Source: the human T2T-CHM13v2.0 reference genome, Homo sapiens. Taken from it: DNA of 64,000 bases. The position numbers and the translations under genes were made by a program. The notes under the pieces were generated by a model. It was not told the DNA's origin, searched no databases, and saw only the letters and a list, made by a program, of their open reading frames with translations. Of this stretch, positions 52,523 through 64,000 are shown one piece after another (the first letter of the stretch is position 1; every line of letters starts with the position of its first letter). The stretch lies in the NCBI RefSeq assembly GCF_009914755.1, contig NC_060948.1; one strand, 5' to 3'.

Positions 52523-52565
52523 TTTAACAGGCTTTTCTCATGACGAACCAGATGACTCTTGGTAA
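52523..52565 (+). pseudogene. OFD1: OFD1 pseudo-exon 23 coding part with stop; 3' UTR follows
   Basis: LTGFSHDEPDDSW-TAA matches the OFD1 C-terminus LTGFSHEELDDSW. Confidence 0.9.
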
Positions 52566-53055
52566 CCAGGTTTGCTCCCCAGCTTCTAATTTCAATATGA
52601 TGAGAAGTTACATAACATTTACTCCTTTGTAAAGGTTTCTCTGTCATCAGACAAAACTCTGAATAGAAACCGGTGGGTAATCCAGTGTACTGGTTTTTCC
52701 TAATGTATTTGGTACTATAGTGTATGAACCGAGAATAATCGAGTCAAGTGAAACCCCCTTTTCCAGTCATAAAATGTCTCATTCATTATACTAAAAGGAG
52801 CTGTTCTTTTAAAAAAGCCTTCTTATTTTTCTACTAAATTTTTAGATAAGTATAACCTACTATATTCCTCAAATCTAGGCTTACATTTGAGAAGGGTAAG
52901 CTGTGTTTTTTCCTCCGAAGAGTTGGGCTGTGATCTTTACAACGAGACGTCGTTTTTCCCAGCATATTTCTGTTTTCTACCTAAACATTAAGATACACAT
53001 TTTTCTAGGCATTAGAAATAGTACAATATTGCCTGTGGTCTTTCCATTTGACACC

Positions 53056-53431
53056 TGTGGCTGGAATATATGTGTCGCTCCAGAATTTATATGTTGGAAT
53101 TTAAATGCCCCTGTGTGATAGAATTAAAAAGTGGGGACTTTGGGAGGAGGTTAAGAGTGCAATTAGAGACCTTATAAAAGAACTCAATGGAAGTAGCTAG
53201 GCTTTTTAGCCCTTCCACCATTAGAGGACACTGTATTTGTCCTCTCTGGAGAACACAGCAACAAGGTGCCATCTTGGAAGAAGAGACCCACCTTCACCAG
53301 ACATTGGACCTATTAGTGCCTTGATCTTGGACTTCCCAGTGTCTAAAACTGTAAGAAATTTATTTCTTTCCAGTTTCATAAGTTACCCAGTCCAAGGTAC
53401 TGTGTTATAGCATCAGGAACATACTGAGATG
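53056..53431 (+). mobile_element. MaLR solo LTR (MST/MLT1A-like)
   Basis: aaggtgccatcttggaag, gccttgatcttggacttcccag, aactgtaagaaat and tgttatagca motifs. Confidence 0.8.
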
Positions 53432-56315
53432 GCATATTTATTGTGGAAATTTTGGTCCTCATACTTAATGAATGGGCTTCAAGTATTTCGTTAGTTTTTA
53501 AAAACAGGGCTCCTCCTTTACAATTGATCTCATTTTTATTTTTTAAAAGTTAGCTTTTACAACATAGAACTGGAAAAAATCTCTACTCAGACCTCTAGAG
53601 TGTCCTAGATTTTGTGGCAGAATCACTATGGATAATTTATAGGTGCTTGTGATCTCATCTGTGTATTATTTACAGTTTCCTCTATCTATTCATGTGACAA
53701 ATAATTGCACAAAACGCTACTTAAACAATAGGCAGTAAGCAGTGTGACAGATAGCACACTAATTGAACTGCTGACGGTTTTTCTGTCATGCCAGAATAAA
53801 GGGTGATGATCCAGAGTCAGCACCTCAATTAGGAGTGGCCATGTGTCAGTAGTGACAAATCCTAGGCCTCACTAAGGAAGGTCAGATGCAGAGAATCCAA
53901 ATTCAGAATTATGTTGACAGATAAGGAGTTCAAACAGATTATATAATAAAATTCTGAGTAACATATTTAGCTCTGCAACTCTAGAGAGTGACAGAACTGG
54001 TTTTCTATATATTTCTGAGTAAATCTTTCCATTTTTATACCTTTGATTTGAAAAATAAACAACTACACACAGGCCTTGATCGTTTGTAATTTGCAAAAGT
54101 TCAAGCCTTGTTAATCTCGTAGGTAGGTGGCATTTATTTATTTCAAAACTAATCAGAAAAGCTATTACTTTCTACAGAAAACCACAGAAGTGCTAGGGGC
54201 ACTTTTATGCCCAATACAGCCCAATAGGCTATAATATTTTCTTAAATTGCTGAAGAGATTTTTGCCAGAAATAAACAAAGTAGCGCTCACGGACTTGATT
54301 TCCACACCAATGTGCAATCTTTACTATGCACATTATTCCAAAGTGACACCACACTGAGGACAAAGAAAGATTGGATGTACATATGGTAAAAAGGCAAGTG
54401 AATGAAGCTATACTTTTATTTCATTTCTCTTACTACATCCGCTACTATTTTCACCAATATAGATCTTTAAGCATACACAAATATTGACTATTATCTACAA
54501 TTATTTATTGTAACACTTGAGTAGAACTATAGGAAGCCTTTGACACTGATTGAAAGTATGGATTCACTGTTAGGTTACAAAAATTTATACATAGCAAAAT
54601 TTAATTCTCTTTACATTAAAAATACTAGGCTACATAAACAAAACTTTCAAAAGTTTCTGATAATAGCTACCAGAATTAGAAATGTAAAATTAGGCTCAAG
54701 ACACTAACTCTTCTGGAGTACTGGACTCTGAAGGCACCACCATTGCTGGAAAGAATAGTTAAATCTGTCATGCAAGAGGAAAATAAAACACGTAGCTATT
54801 TTTAGAATAGCCATTCTGTACAGAAGAGCGCTTCTCCCAGTTAAAAGAAAAAATCCCAAACAGGTGTTTTTATGGAGTAACAAAAAGAAAAAGAAAAAAA
54901 AAAAAAAGATCTGCTGATGTATGATACCTGATGTTCAAATTTAATAGCATCCAGATAAAAGTTTACTTTTGTTAATTTTGAATATATTTCTGCATTGTGG
55001 TGTTCTAAAACCCAGGAAACAGCCAAATCACAAGTTACCATTTAACATAAACATACATAGTGGATCCTATATTAAGCAACCCATTTGGAAAGCACTGATG
55101 TACCCAACAGTTACATATAGCATTTCATAAAGAACTGCACGGAGTTTACCATTGCTAACACCCAGTACCTATAGTCACCTAATGTCTGGAACACAGTAAT
55201 GCAGATGGCAAGTTTCTTTTGAAAATGACTTAAGTAGTTTTCTTGTGGAACATCAAACTTTATTATTCCAAGAAATTAAGATATAGGTAAGAAAAAATGA
55301 AATGCCAACCCTAATTTAAATTATCTACATCTTCAAGTCTGTTAACAGTAGGAGGTTAGATGTCTGTGGCCAATTTTAAATTAGGTTTCAGATAATTGAT
55401 ATGAAACTGTTTACACAGACCACTGAAAAATGGTTTAAAAAGGTGGTCGTTTGAGTAAGGTAACAATTCTTAATTAAAAAAAAATATACAGAACAAAATT
55501 CTATTAAAGATATTTGCATCTCTGGTTATGATACAAATTCTGAAAAATGTATATACCAAATACTCCTTAAGGCAGAGCTGACATTTAACTCTTGAGGATA
55601 ATAAAAACTGGATCAGTATTTTGTTGAAATAAAACTTATGATAAAAGTGCCTCTGGAATTCTTGTCAATGAATCCGAATCCAGATTCTTTAGTAGTAGGG
55701 TCAGCAAATGGAGCTAATTTTAGCATTATTGAAAAATATTTTCTTATTGGCTGAGGAAATTAATGGAACACGGACTTGGGAGAGAAAGCTAGTACAAAAA
55801 GTCAATCATGAGACGAATCACACTACCTTTGAGCCAAAGTTTAATAAATGTCAGCAGTCAGAATTGAAACTGCACAACAATTTCAGTTTATTTCCTATGT
55901 AGATAACACTTAACTGAGAATAAATGACGTACATGTAAATGTATGGTCTCATCTTTTGATGCCGGCATGTCACCAGTCCATATCAAAGAGTACCACATAT
56001 TACACTGAGTGTTTTGGGAGAAATGTTCTAGCAGTAAATGTGAATGTGCCCCCAGTTTCCAAAGAGTGAAAGGTCATTTTGTCAAAGTGTTGCCTTTTAA
56101 AATGGCTAACATGAAACTTCCAATATTTGCTCTAAAGAAAAAGATTTCCTCACTGCAAGGTATTCCAGGCGCTGCATCCCAGCAGCTTGAGAGAGAAAGT
56201 GAGGTGTTTGAATGTCTACATTAGTTTGGTGGAATACTCATGTGTAATGCAGAGCAGCTGTCTCATAATTTGTCAGGGCTGTAAATGCATTGACTGAAAG
56301 CCCCCCGGCAAACAT

Positions 56316-56462
56316 TCGTGTGTAAGAATTGAGTTACTTCTTTTACTGAAACTGGATATATTGTAGTTCCTGTTCTTTCTTTGCTTTGATATCCTGGTAA
56401 GCCTGCATTTTGCTGGCATCCAAGTAAGACCAGTTAGAAAACAGTATCATGAGAAAGTGGAT
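56316..56462 (-). pseudogene. GPM6B: GPM6B pseudogene, last coding exon (GPM6BP-type); 3' UTR remnant extends towards ~53450
   Basis: Reverse complement gives cttccag|IHFLMILFSNWSYL-DASKMQAYQDIKAKKEQELQYIQFQ*KK*LNSYT, matching GPM6B IHFLMILSSNWAYLKDASKMQAYQDIKAKEEQELQDIQSRSKEQLNSYT; internal stops; natural stop lost. Confidence 0.92.
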
Positions 56463-56649
56463 CTGGAAGAGAAGGTTGAGCATGATGTCTAGTGAGCATG
56501 TGAGAAGGCAAAACAAAGTGCTAGTTAGATGAGACGTACTTGATGTTAAAGGGGAAGAGGGTTATTCTGTATTAATACTTGCTCTGCTAGCAGAGCTAGT
56601 AGAATCCTAAAAGTGTGCTCTACTACTTGGCTTCACATTAAAAAACTGA

Positions 56650-59300
56650 AGAAAAGTAAGTACACAAACATTGCAAAGTCTTTCTATTAACTCTTAAATG
56701 TCTGTGTACTCATCAGTCTCGGTGAGTAATATAATAAACACCTCTCACTACAACTGGGATTTGTCTACCTAAATAGACATTTATAAAATTTGCCTCCGGT
56801 GTATATTGAGTCAATGCTACTGAGGCATTTAAATTCCTGACTGTTATATTATCTTTAAAAGTTTGTTCATATGTTGATATTTCTTATTTTGTCTGTCACC
56901 TTACAAGTTATATATTATTATCCCTCTTTATTGCTTGCATTTTTCTTAAAAATCTCCTTTGCCTCATATAGTATCAGTGGCCTTACTTTTTTGACAAATA
57001 CTTGTTAATTTTCTCTAAACCTTCATTTTCAATATTTCAGTGTCATTATTTCAAGGTAAAAGCAATTTTTTCTCTCAATCTAATATGAGTATTTTATATT
57101 TTAACACAGAAATTTAAACAGTTTATATCTAATATGGTTACTCTGTTATCTCCATAACCGATATCCGATTAGACAGTTGTTCTACCCTGGATTTTCTTTG
57201 TCTCTGCCTTTGCCTCCCATTTGCCTTAGTTTTTCTCTTCCTCTCCCCACCCACCACATGTTTTCCCTAACTGTGTTGATTTAATTGTCTTACTCATATT
57301 TATTTCTTTTCCTGCTTTTGACATTAATCACGATATTTCTACCCTTTCTGTAGTTAGTCAGTAGGACCCAGTTAGTTAACTTTTTTCTAACAAAGTAAAA
57401 CATTTATTAGCCCCATAAAAAAAAATTCTTGTAATACCTCCTTCATTTAGAGGTTTACTTTCCTTCATTCTGTAAAAAGAAAGAAGGAAACTTTTATTCT
57501 TCTTTTCCTTGGTCTTTTGATAAGTCTTTGATATTTGCATAATCTTTGTGAGTTGAAACTTTGTTTTAAATACCAACAGTGTATGTGGAATCATATTCTG
57601 TGTAGAGATTATTTTTGTATTCTGCCTGCTGCCCTTTCTACACATTTTTGTCTTACGGTGTTTTTCATGAATGTAGATGAAAGCTTCCTACTCTGAGCTT
57701 GACTTTCATAACTTCTCTTTCATAGATGGTCACCAGATAAAATGAAGGCTTCTCGGTTACCTTTTCATTTTAAATAAACAACAAAAAGCATTTTAGTATA
57801 ATTGTCAATATTCTTGTAACTTAGTAATATTCTCATTATTGCATGGACAGACTTATACTAAAAATAATTATTTGTTTTTTGTCAACAAATTGTCAAATTT
57901 CAAATTAAAATGTGACATTTAAATTCCTGTATTTTCTCCCTACATGTGGCAACCTTACTTTGAGATCTACTTAGGAAACTACTTATTCTTGCTATATTTA
58001 TACTGAATCTACTGTATAAGAAACAAACAAAAAATTCTTTGATTTCCTTTAGCATGTGCTTCATTTTTCAATGATGAATAATTGTCTATTTAAAATATTT
58101 ATTTGTGTCCTGCTACTCACCTGTTTTTGCCTTTAGATTCTATTTCTTCATCTCAAACAATACCTAAGCCTAATTATTATGAAGACTCGTGATTTAACTT
58201 TTTGTTTTTGAGTGTGACGCCTAAGTGTCTTCCTGGACTAGCCCGTAGGGCATGGAATGTCCACCATTGAATTAGCAATGTTGCCTTTGAAGTGGTAAAG
58301 CAATCTTAAGTTCTTGAATGCAAAGTTATTCTTGTTGGGGGGCAGTTTTACGTTAATCTTTCCAGATTTTTAAGAACTTAATTGTTCATATCTAGTAGTT
58401 TATACCAGTCTGATTTCGAGGAAGTTATATATTTTAGGTACTGTGAAAATCCTCTCCTCAGTCTTGAATATACCACAGGATAGAGGTTGAGTTATAAATC
58501 TTTCTTTCATGGATTTGAATGAAAATCTCATTTTGTGTTAGATCCTAGTATCTGTGGGCATGGCTTTTGGTATTGACTGAAATGTTCCCACTGAATGTCT
58601 GAACAACACCTACTTTCAACAATTATTTAGGAAGGGTGTCCAGCCCCACTGAACAAAGAAATGGTCTCTTTCCTGGGAATATATCCAACATTACTCCTCA
58701 ATTGACTATTTCAACAAACTACCAATGTTGATCTCAAATGAATATTATTGGAGTCCAAACCACAGAAACGATTTCTTTCTTGATATTGAGTTTATTTTTA
58801 AAATAATTTTGTCTTACACTTATAATCTCTTGCTTTCATAAGAGTTCCTTTTGCAAATTTTCACTTTGCTCCCGAGAGCTAGAAATAAGTGCTTGATTTC
58901 TTTTAATTCACTCATTACATAACAAATAAAACCTCTTAGAAAGGTGTTATTACTATATCCTTTCAGCAATTGTGGCAAGACATATTTTTGCTTATATTTT
59001 CTGGAAGCATTGCCAACTATATTATCTTCCCAAGTGTATGGCAGGTATTCTATCTTTTCTTCCTTGATCTATATTATTTATATGCTATCAATCAGTTTCA
59101 CATATATTATGAAGACTTTGAGATCATTTAATTTTGGTGAAGACTTTATTTTATACAATCATTTTATTGTAGGTAAATCACATCATGTCATTCTGTGTAA
59201 TAATATCATCCCATGATTTGCATTACGAGATTTCCTTTCCATGGTACTTTAAAAGCCTTTCTATAACTTTCACTTTTTAGAATTTCCAGTTACAATGCAG
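56650..59300 (-). mobile_element. Old, degraded L1 (L1M-type) sequence
   Basis: T-rich, CpG-poor stretch resembling antisense ancient L1; no diagnostic peptide recovered. Confidence 0.4.
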
Positions 59301-59607
59301 CACGCCAGTGTTTCTGACATAATGTTAGAAAACAAAGTCTCTGAAATCTAGAAAGAGGAAGACAGTTTCTCTAGGGACTTCACGACTTGAAGAGTGATAG
59401 TATGATACCTTTATTGGATTCTTTTAGGTCTTCCATACAATATCCCAGATGATGGACTGTAAGAGCTTTTAGTTGAGAATCTCCAATAGGCACAGATAAA
59501 AAGGGCTTCGAGGAAATCCTCTTCTCTCCCAGTCAAAATACCAGGAGAGCATGACCTTCCCAACACACAAATCCACAAAACACTTCTAGAAGGAATAATG
59601 AAGCTAT

Positions 59608-62600
59608 TCCAGCACGATGGAACCTAAGGGGTTACAGAACAATTCCACGGACAGCGTGCTGCTGAACCATGGGAAGGTTCGGGGCCCAAGGAAGGACCCA
59701 TCCCATAAAGATGGAATGGGAGCCGGATCACCTCCCAGGGTGTACCTAGTTATCCGACCCAGGACGCAAGATTTGCTCGCTAATTCAAATGAAACCTACA
59801 CCCCAACCTATGAAGAGGAACTGAGGGTAGGGAAGTGGGTGAATGTGTGTGCAAGAGTAGGGTGATGTGTGTGGGGCTGCAGGCCTCTTAGCGTAGACCG
59901 TACATCCTGAGTGAAGTGTGGGACTGACCAGGACTACGGGCAAACGTCCTCTGGAACTAGCACATATGGCTTAGTGAGGCACCCCACAATTTAGTGATTG
60001 TGGTGGTCTGGGTTCAGGGTTTATACAAACCCTCCATTAAAGCTAAGCAGCATCTGAAATACTCCTGCAAGGGAGGCTGTCTAATCAGTGTGAAGCACAA
60101 AAGTAAAAGTGTAAGTGCATGGTGCCATAACTGTGAGGAAATGGGAGGGAAGTCGTCAAAACCCACCGCATTATAATGTATGTTAAAAAGTTTAAGAAGG
60201 GAATTATAGGATCAAGTTGACTCCCCAGAGATAAAAGACCGTTTGTGAAATGGAGTGTCCCTCTTTTAGTGTCACGTGGCCAGCTGAAAGAACAACAGAT
60301 AGGGGAACAATTGGCCATGTACATCAAGTGGTGACTGGGGTCAGAGGACAGCCAGGGCATCTAGACTAATTTTCTTATCTTCACTCATGGCTAAATATCC
60401 TCCAAACTTGAGCAGGATGGCTACAGTCCTACCTGATGGCTTGTTGCAAAACACTTGTGGCTTGAGCCGAGCTTAAAGTACAAGAGGAATTAGCTTCACC
60501 ACCAGCTATGGAGAGAAAGGAAAAGCCACAAAAAGGGCAAGAAAAACTGGCTTTACAGAAACCACAAGAGGAGACAGAAATCCCTCCTCCCTATACCCCT
60601 ATCTGCCTCCCTTTACCGAGGCCAACGGCCTCTGAGGAGTCAATTCAGAAGGTGACACACCCCAGGTTTCACCCCAAAGGGAGAAATCAGAGCCCCTGTC
60701 CCAGGAGGTCAAGGAGGACTGTCAGAATAATCAAGAGAGCTGCCTCTGGTCTGGCCATGCCCCGGTTCTGCAGATGCCTCTCAGGGAGACTTGGGGACCC
60801 CTCTACTATGATGAACATGGCCATATTCAATGGGGGGCAATGGACCTCCATCTGCCAGCCTATTTTAATCACTGATCCCCTAAACTGGAAATACCATATT
60901 CCCTCCTACATGGAGAAGCCCCAGGCCCTCTTAGATCTGATGTAGTCTATTTTCCAGACACATAATCCAACTTGGCCAGATAGTAAACAGCTTCTGTTGC
61001 TGCTGTTCAACACTAAAGAGCACCGATGGATGGCTCAGTCAACCCTCCACTGGCTAGAAGCCAATGTGCCATTCCAGGCATACGCTCAGTTCCAGTTCCC
61101 AGAGGAAGACCCCCACTGGGACTCACATGCTTTGACCCAGTTTCAGCACCTGCAGAGGTACTGAGGAGCCCTCCTGCAAAGTCTGAAGGAAGGCAGAAAA
61201 CAAGCAGTCAGTATATGAAAAATCTCTAAAGTGCTTCCAGAAACTGATGAGAGCCCTAGCCAATTTTATTAGAAACTCTGTGAGGCATTCTGGCTTTACA
61301 CTCCTTTCGACACTGAGGATACTAAGAATCGGCAGATGGTAAGCACAGCATTTGTAGGACAAGCCCAGGGGGATATCAGGTAAAAACTGCTGAAGCTAGA
61401 TGGTTTTGCAAGCATAAAGGCAACCCAGCTTTTAGAAGTGGCCACCAAGGTGTACATTAACTGTGACCAGGAGGCACAAAGGGAGGCTGATTGGAGACTC
61501 AGGAAGCGGGCCAATCTGCTAGCGGCAGCCCTCATGGAAAGGGAAGCTATCGTCACAAGCAGACGCAGATACAGATGCAGATGTGGAAGGGGCCAAACAG
61601 GGCAGAGACTCAAAAGTCAGCTGAGACTAGATAGGGATCAATGTGCACAATCCAAAAAGAGGGGACACTGGAAAAATAAGTGTTTAGAGGGCAGTAAAAG
61701 AAATAACAGTGGACATAAATCTATAAAATGGCCAGCCAAGGACCACCACACCCTAAGGGGGCCAGGCATCAACTTGATGAGGCTGGTAGAGACTGAAAAA
61801 TATGAAGACAATGCAAGACTGGGCTGCATCTCCCAAGGCCCCCAGGAGCCCGTGATCACAGCAGAAGTAGGGGATCAACAGATGGACTTTATGGTGAACA
61901 CTAGCACTAATCACTCAGAAGTGATACAGCCCATAGAGCCACTATCTAAACACGATGCAACTATTATTGGGGCTACAGAGGTCCCAGAAAAGAGGCCATT
62001 TTTCTGGCCAAGGAGTTGTGTCATAGGGGGACAAGAAGTCCAACATGAAATCCTATACCTCCCAAATTGCCGAGTTCCCTTACTTGGAAGGGACCTGCTC
62101 CAGAAACTGCAGGCACAGATTGCTTTTGGGACACACTAGGATATAACTTTAAACCTAACTCACCCAAAGGTCATGGTGTTAACCCTCATCATTACACAGG
62201 CTGAGGAATAAAGAATATACACATAACAGTCACCGGAATTGTCTCAAAAGCCTGGGCTGGAGAAGTTATTTATGCTACCTGGTAAAATTTTTGGACTATG
62301 GGCTAAGAATAACCCACTGGGGCTGGCTCTAAATCAGGCACCAGTAATAGTAAAGCTAAAACCGGGAGCAACCACAGTTGAGGTTCTCCAATACCCATTT
62401 CCCTGAGAAGACACACAGGGCATTCACAAACATTTAAAGTGACTTTTCAAACACAGAAACTTCGTCTGGCGCCAGTCAACCTGGAACACTCTACTCCTAC
62501 CGATACAAAATCCAGGGTCTGGTAAATATAAGCCAGTGCAAAACTTACATGATGTGAACCAGGCTACTGTAACCATCCACCTGGTGGTACCAAACCCATA

Positions 62601-64000
62601 CACACTAATAGGACTCATTCTGGCAAGTGCTGCCTAATTTACTAGCCTGGACTTAAAGAATATTTTTTTCTGTCTTCACCTGGCACCAGTTAGTCAGCCC
62701 ATCTTGGCATTTCAATGGCACGATTCAGTCACAGGCATGGGGGAGGAGCTCACATGGGCTAGACTCCCACAGTCTTTGGAAACACACTGGAATCAGACCT
62801 TAAGGCCCACACCCCACCAAATGACAACTGTGCCTTGCTACAATATGTTAACAACCTTCTCCTGGCAGACCCAACGCCAGGGGACTGCTACCAAGGAACC
62901 CAAGTCTTTCTCCACCATGTTTATAGAAAACTGGTTATAAGGTATTCAGAAAGAAGGCCCAATTTTGCCAAGAAAGCATAAAAAATCTGGGATTCATAGT
63001 AAGCCAAGGGGAACACTGGCTTAACAGTGAGCAAAAGCAACGTGTTTATGCACTCCCAACTCAGGCCACCCAGTGCCAAATAAGAAAATTCTTGGGGAAA
63101 GCATGGTTCTGCTGTATATGGATCCCAGATTTGTTACTAATGGCCAAGCCCTTACATAAGGGCACAAAGAGGGGGGAAAGGGAACCCCTCCTTTTGGAGG
63201 TTGTCCAGGAGAAGAAGGTGTTTAAACAACCCAAACAAGCCTTAACTAAGGCCCTAGCCATAGGACTGCCAAATATAATCAAGCCTCTCTTCATGAACAA
63301 AAGGGATTGGCTATAGGGGTCCTGAGTCAAGTCATGAAATCATGACATCACCCAGGGGTGTACTTATCGACACAATTGAACTCTGTGGCCCTAGGGTAGC
63401 CTCCTTGGCTTAGGGCACTAACTGCCACCTCCTTATTGGAACAAGAAGCTAAAAAACTGACTCTAAGACAACAACTGACCATCCAGGTACCGCATTCAGT
63501 TCTAACTTTAATGGATTAGACAGGGCACCATTAGTTATCAAGTCCGAGAATGACTCGGTACCAGGTGCTCTTATGCAAAAATTCCCACATAACTTTCAAA
63601 ATAATAAACACCCTTAAGCTGGCTATCTCCTGCTCCCGATTGAACCTGGAGTCCCCTTTCATGACTCTATGGAAACAGTAGACACGGTACTCTGAATCCA
63701 GAGATACCTTACAGAACAACCCCTTTGGAACCCAGATGTTAAATGCTATACATATAGAAGCAGCTTTACACTGAAAGGTGTCCAGCAAGCTGGGTATGCT
63801 GTGATGATATTAGACTCAGTGGTAGAAGCTCAGCCACTGCCCACCAGAATGTCAGCCCAAAAGGCAGAGCTAATAGCCCTAAGGAGACCATTTTGCTAGC
63901 AAAAGGCGAAATGGTCAATGTTTATACAGATTCCAAATATACGTTTGCCACGTTGCATGACAATGGGGCTATATATAAAGAAAAAGGACTCTTAATGGCT
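59608..64000 (+). mobile_element. Second ERV3/HERV-R-like provirus (leader-gag-pro-pol) without a 5' LTR; continues past the window
   Basis: Colinear with 37395-41965; gag MGGKSSKPTAL at 60141; zinc knuckle CAQSKKRGHWKNKC; protease LLGRDLL; RT and RNase H remnants with stops. Confidence 0.9.

Noticed and set aside
61438-62139. Longest ORF (233 aa) as a functional retroviral protein
   Set aside because: It is a gag-end/protease remnant with a broken zinc knuckle (C>S) and a dead active site (NTS), flanked by stops

Overview
This is primate (very probably human) genomic DNA with no intact protein-coding gene. The backbone is an unprocessed, intron-containing OFD1 pseudogene on the + strand: exons 6-23 are recognisable except exons 12 and 21, with stops, frameshifts and dead splice sites. 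It is followed tail-to-tail by a decayed GPM6B last exon and 3' UTR on the - strand. This is the Xp22 OFD1-GPM6B arrangement, and it fits the Y-chromosome OFD1PxY/GPM6BP copies; the chromosome assignment is inferred. The first 24 kb is an old tandem segmental duplication (1-14061 vs 15099-23886) with a third small remnant at the junction and a near-identical tract that looks gene-converted. Endogenous retroviruses dominate the window: (i) a duplicated minus-strand MER4-group ERV1 with a tRNA-Gly primer-binding site (PBS); (ii) a pro-pol-deleted HERV-K provirus (LTR14C/HML-9-like) with an in-frame gag-env junction; (iii) an ERV3/HERV-R-like provirus with strong G-to-A (APOBEC3-type) hypermutation and a nested MER11 solo LTR; (iv) a second ERV3-like provirus lacking its 5' LTR, running off the window end. 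Alus, MER33, a MaLR LTR and old L1/L2/MIR remnants fill the rest. I found no prokaryotic-type or wholly new biological system; the interesting signals are evolutionary and mutational footprints. Exon numbers, protein matches and repeat family names come from my recall of the reference and consensus sequences, not from a search.
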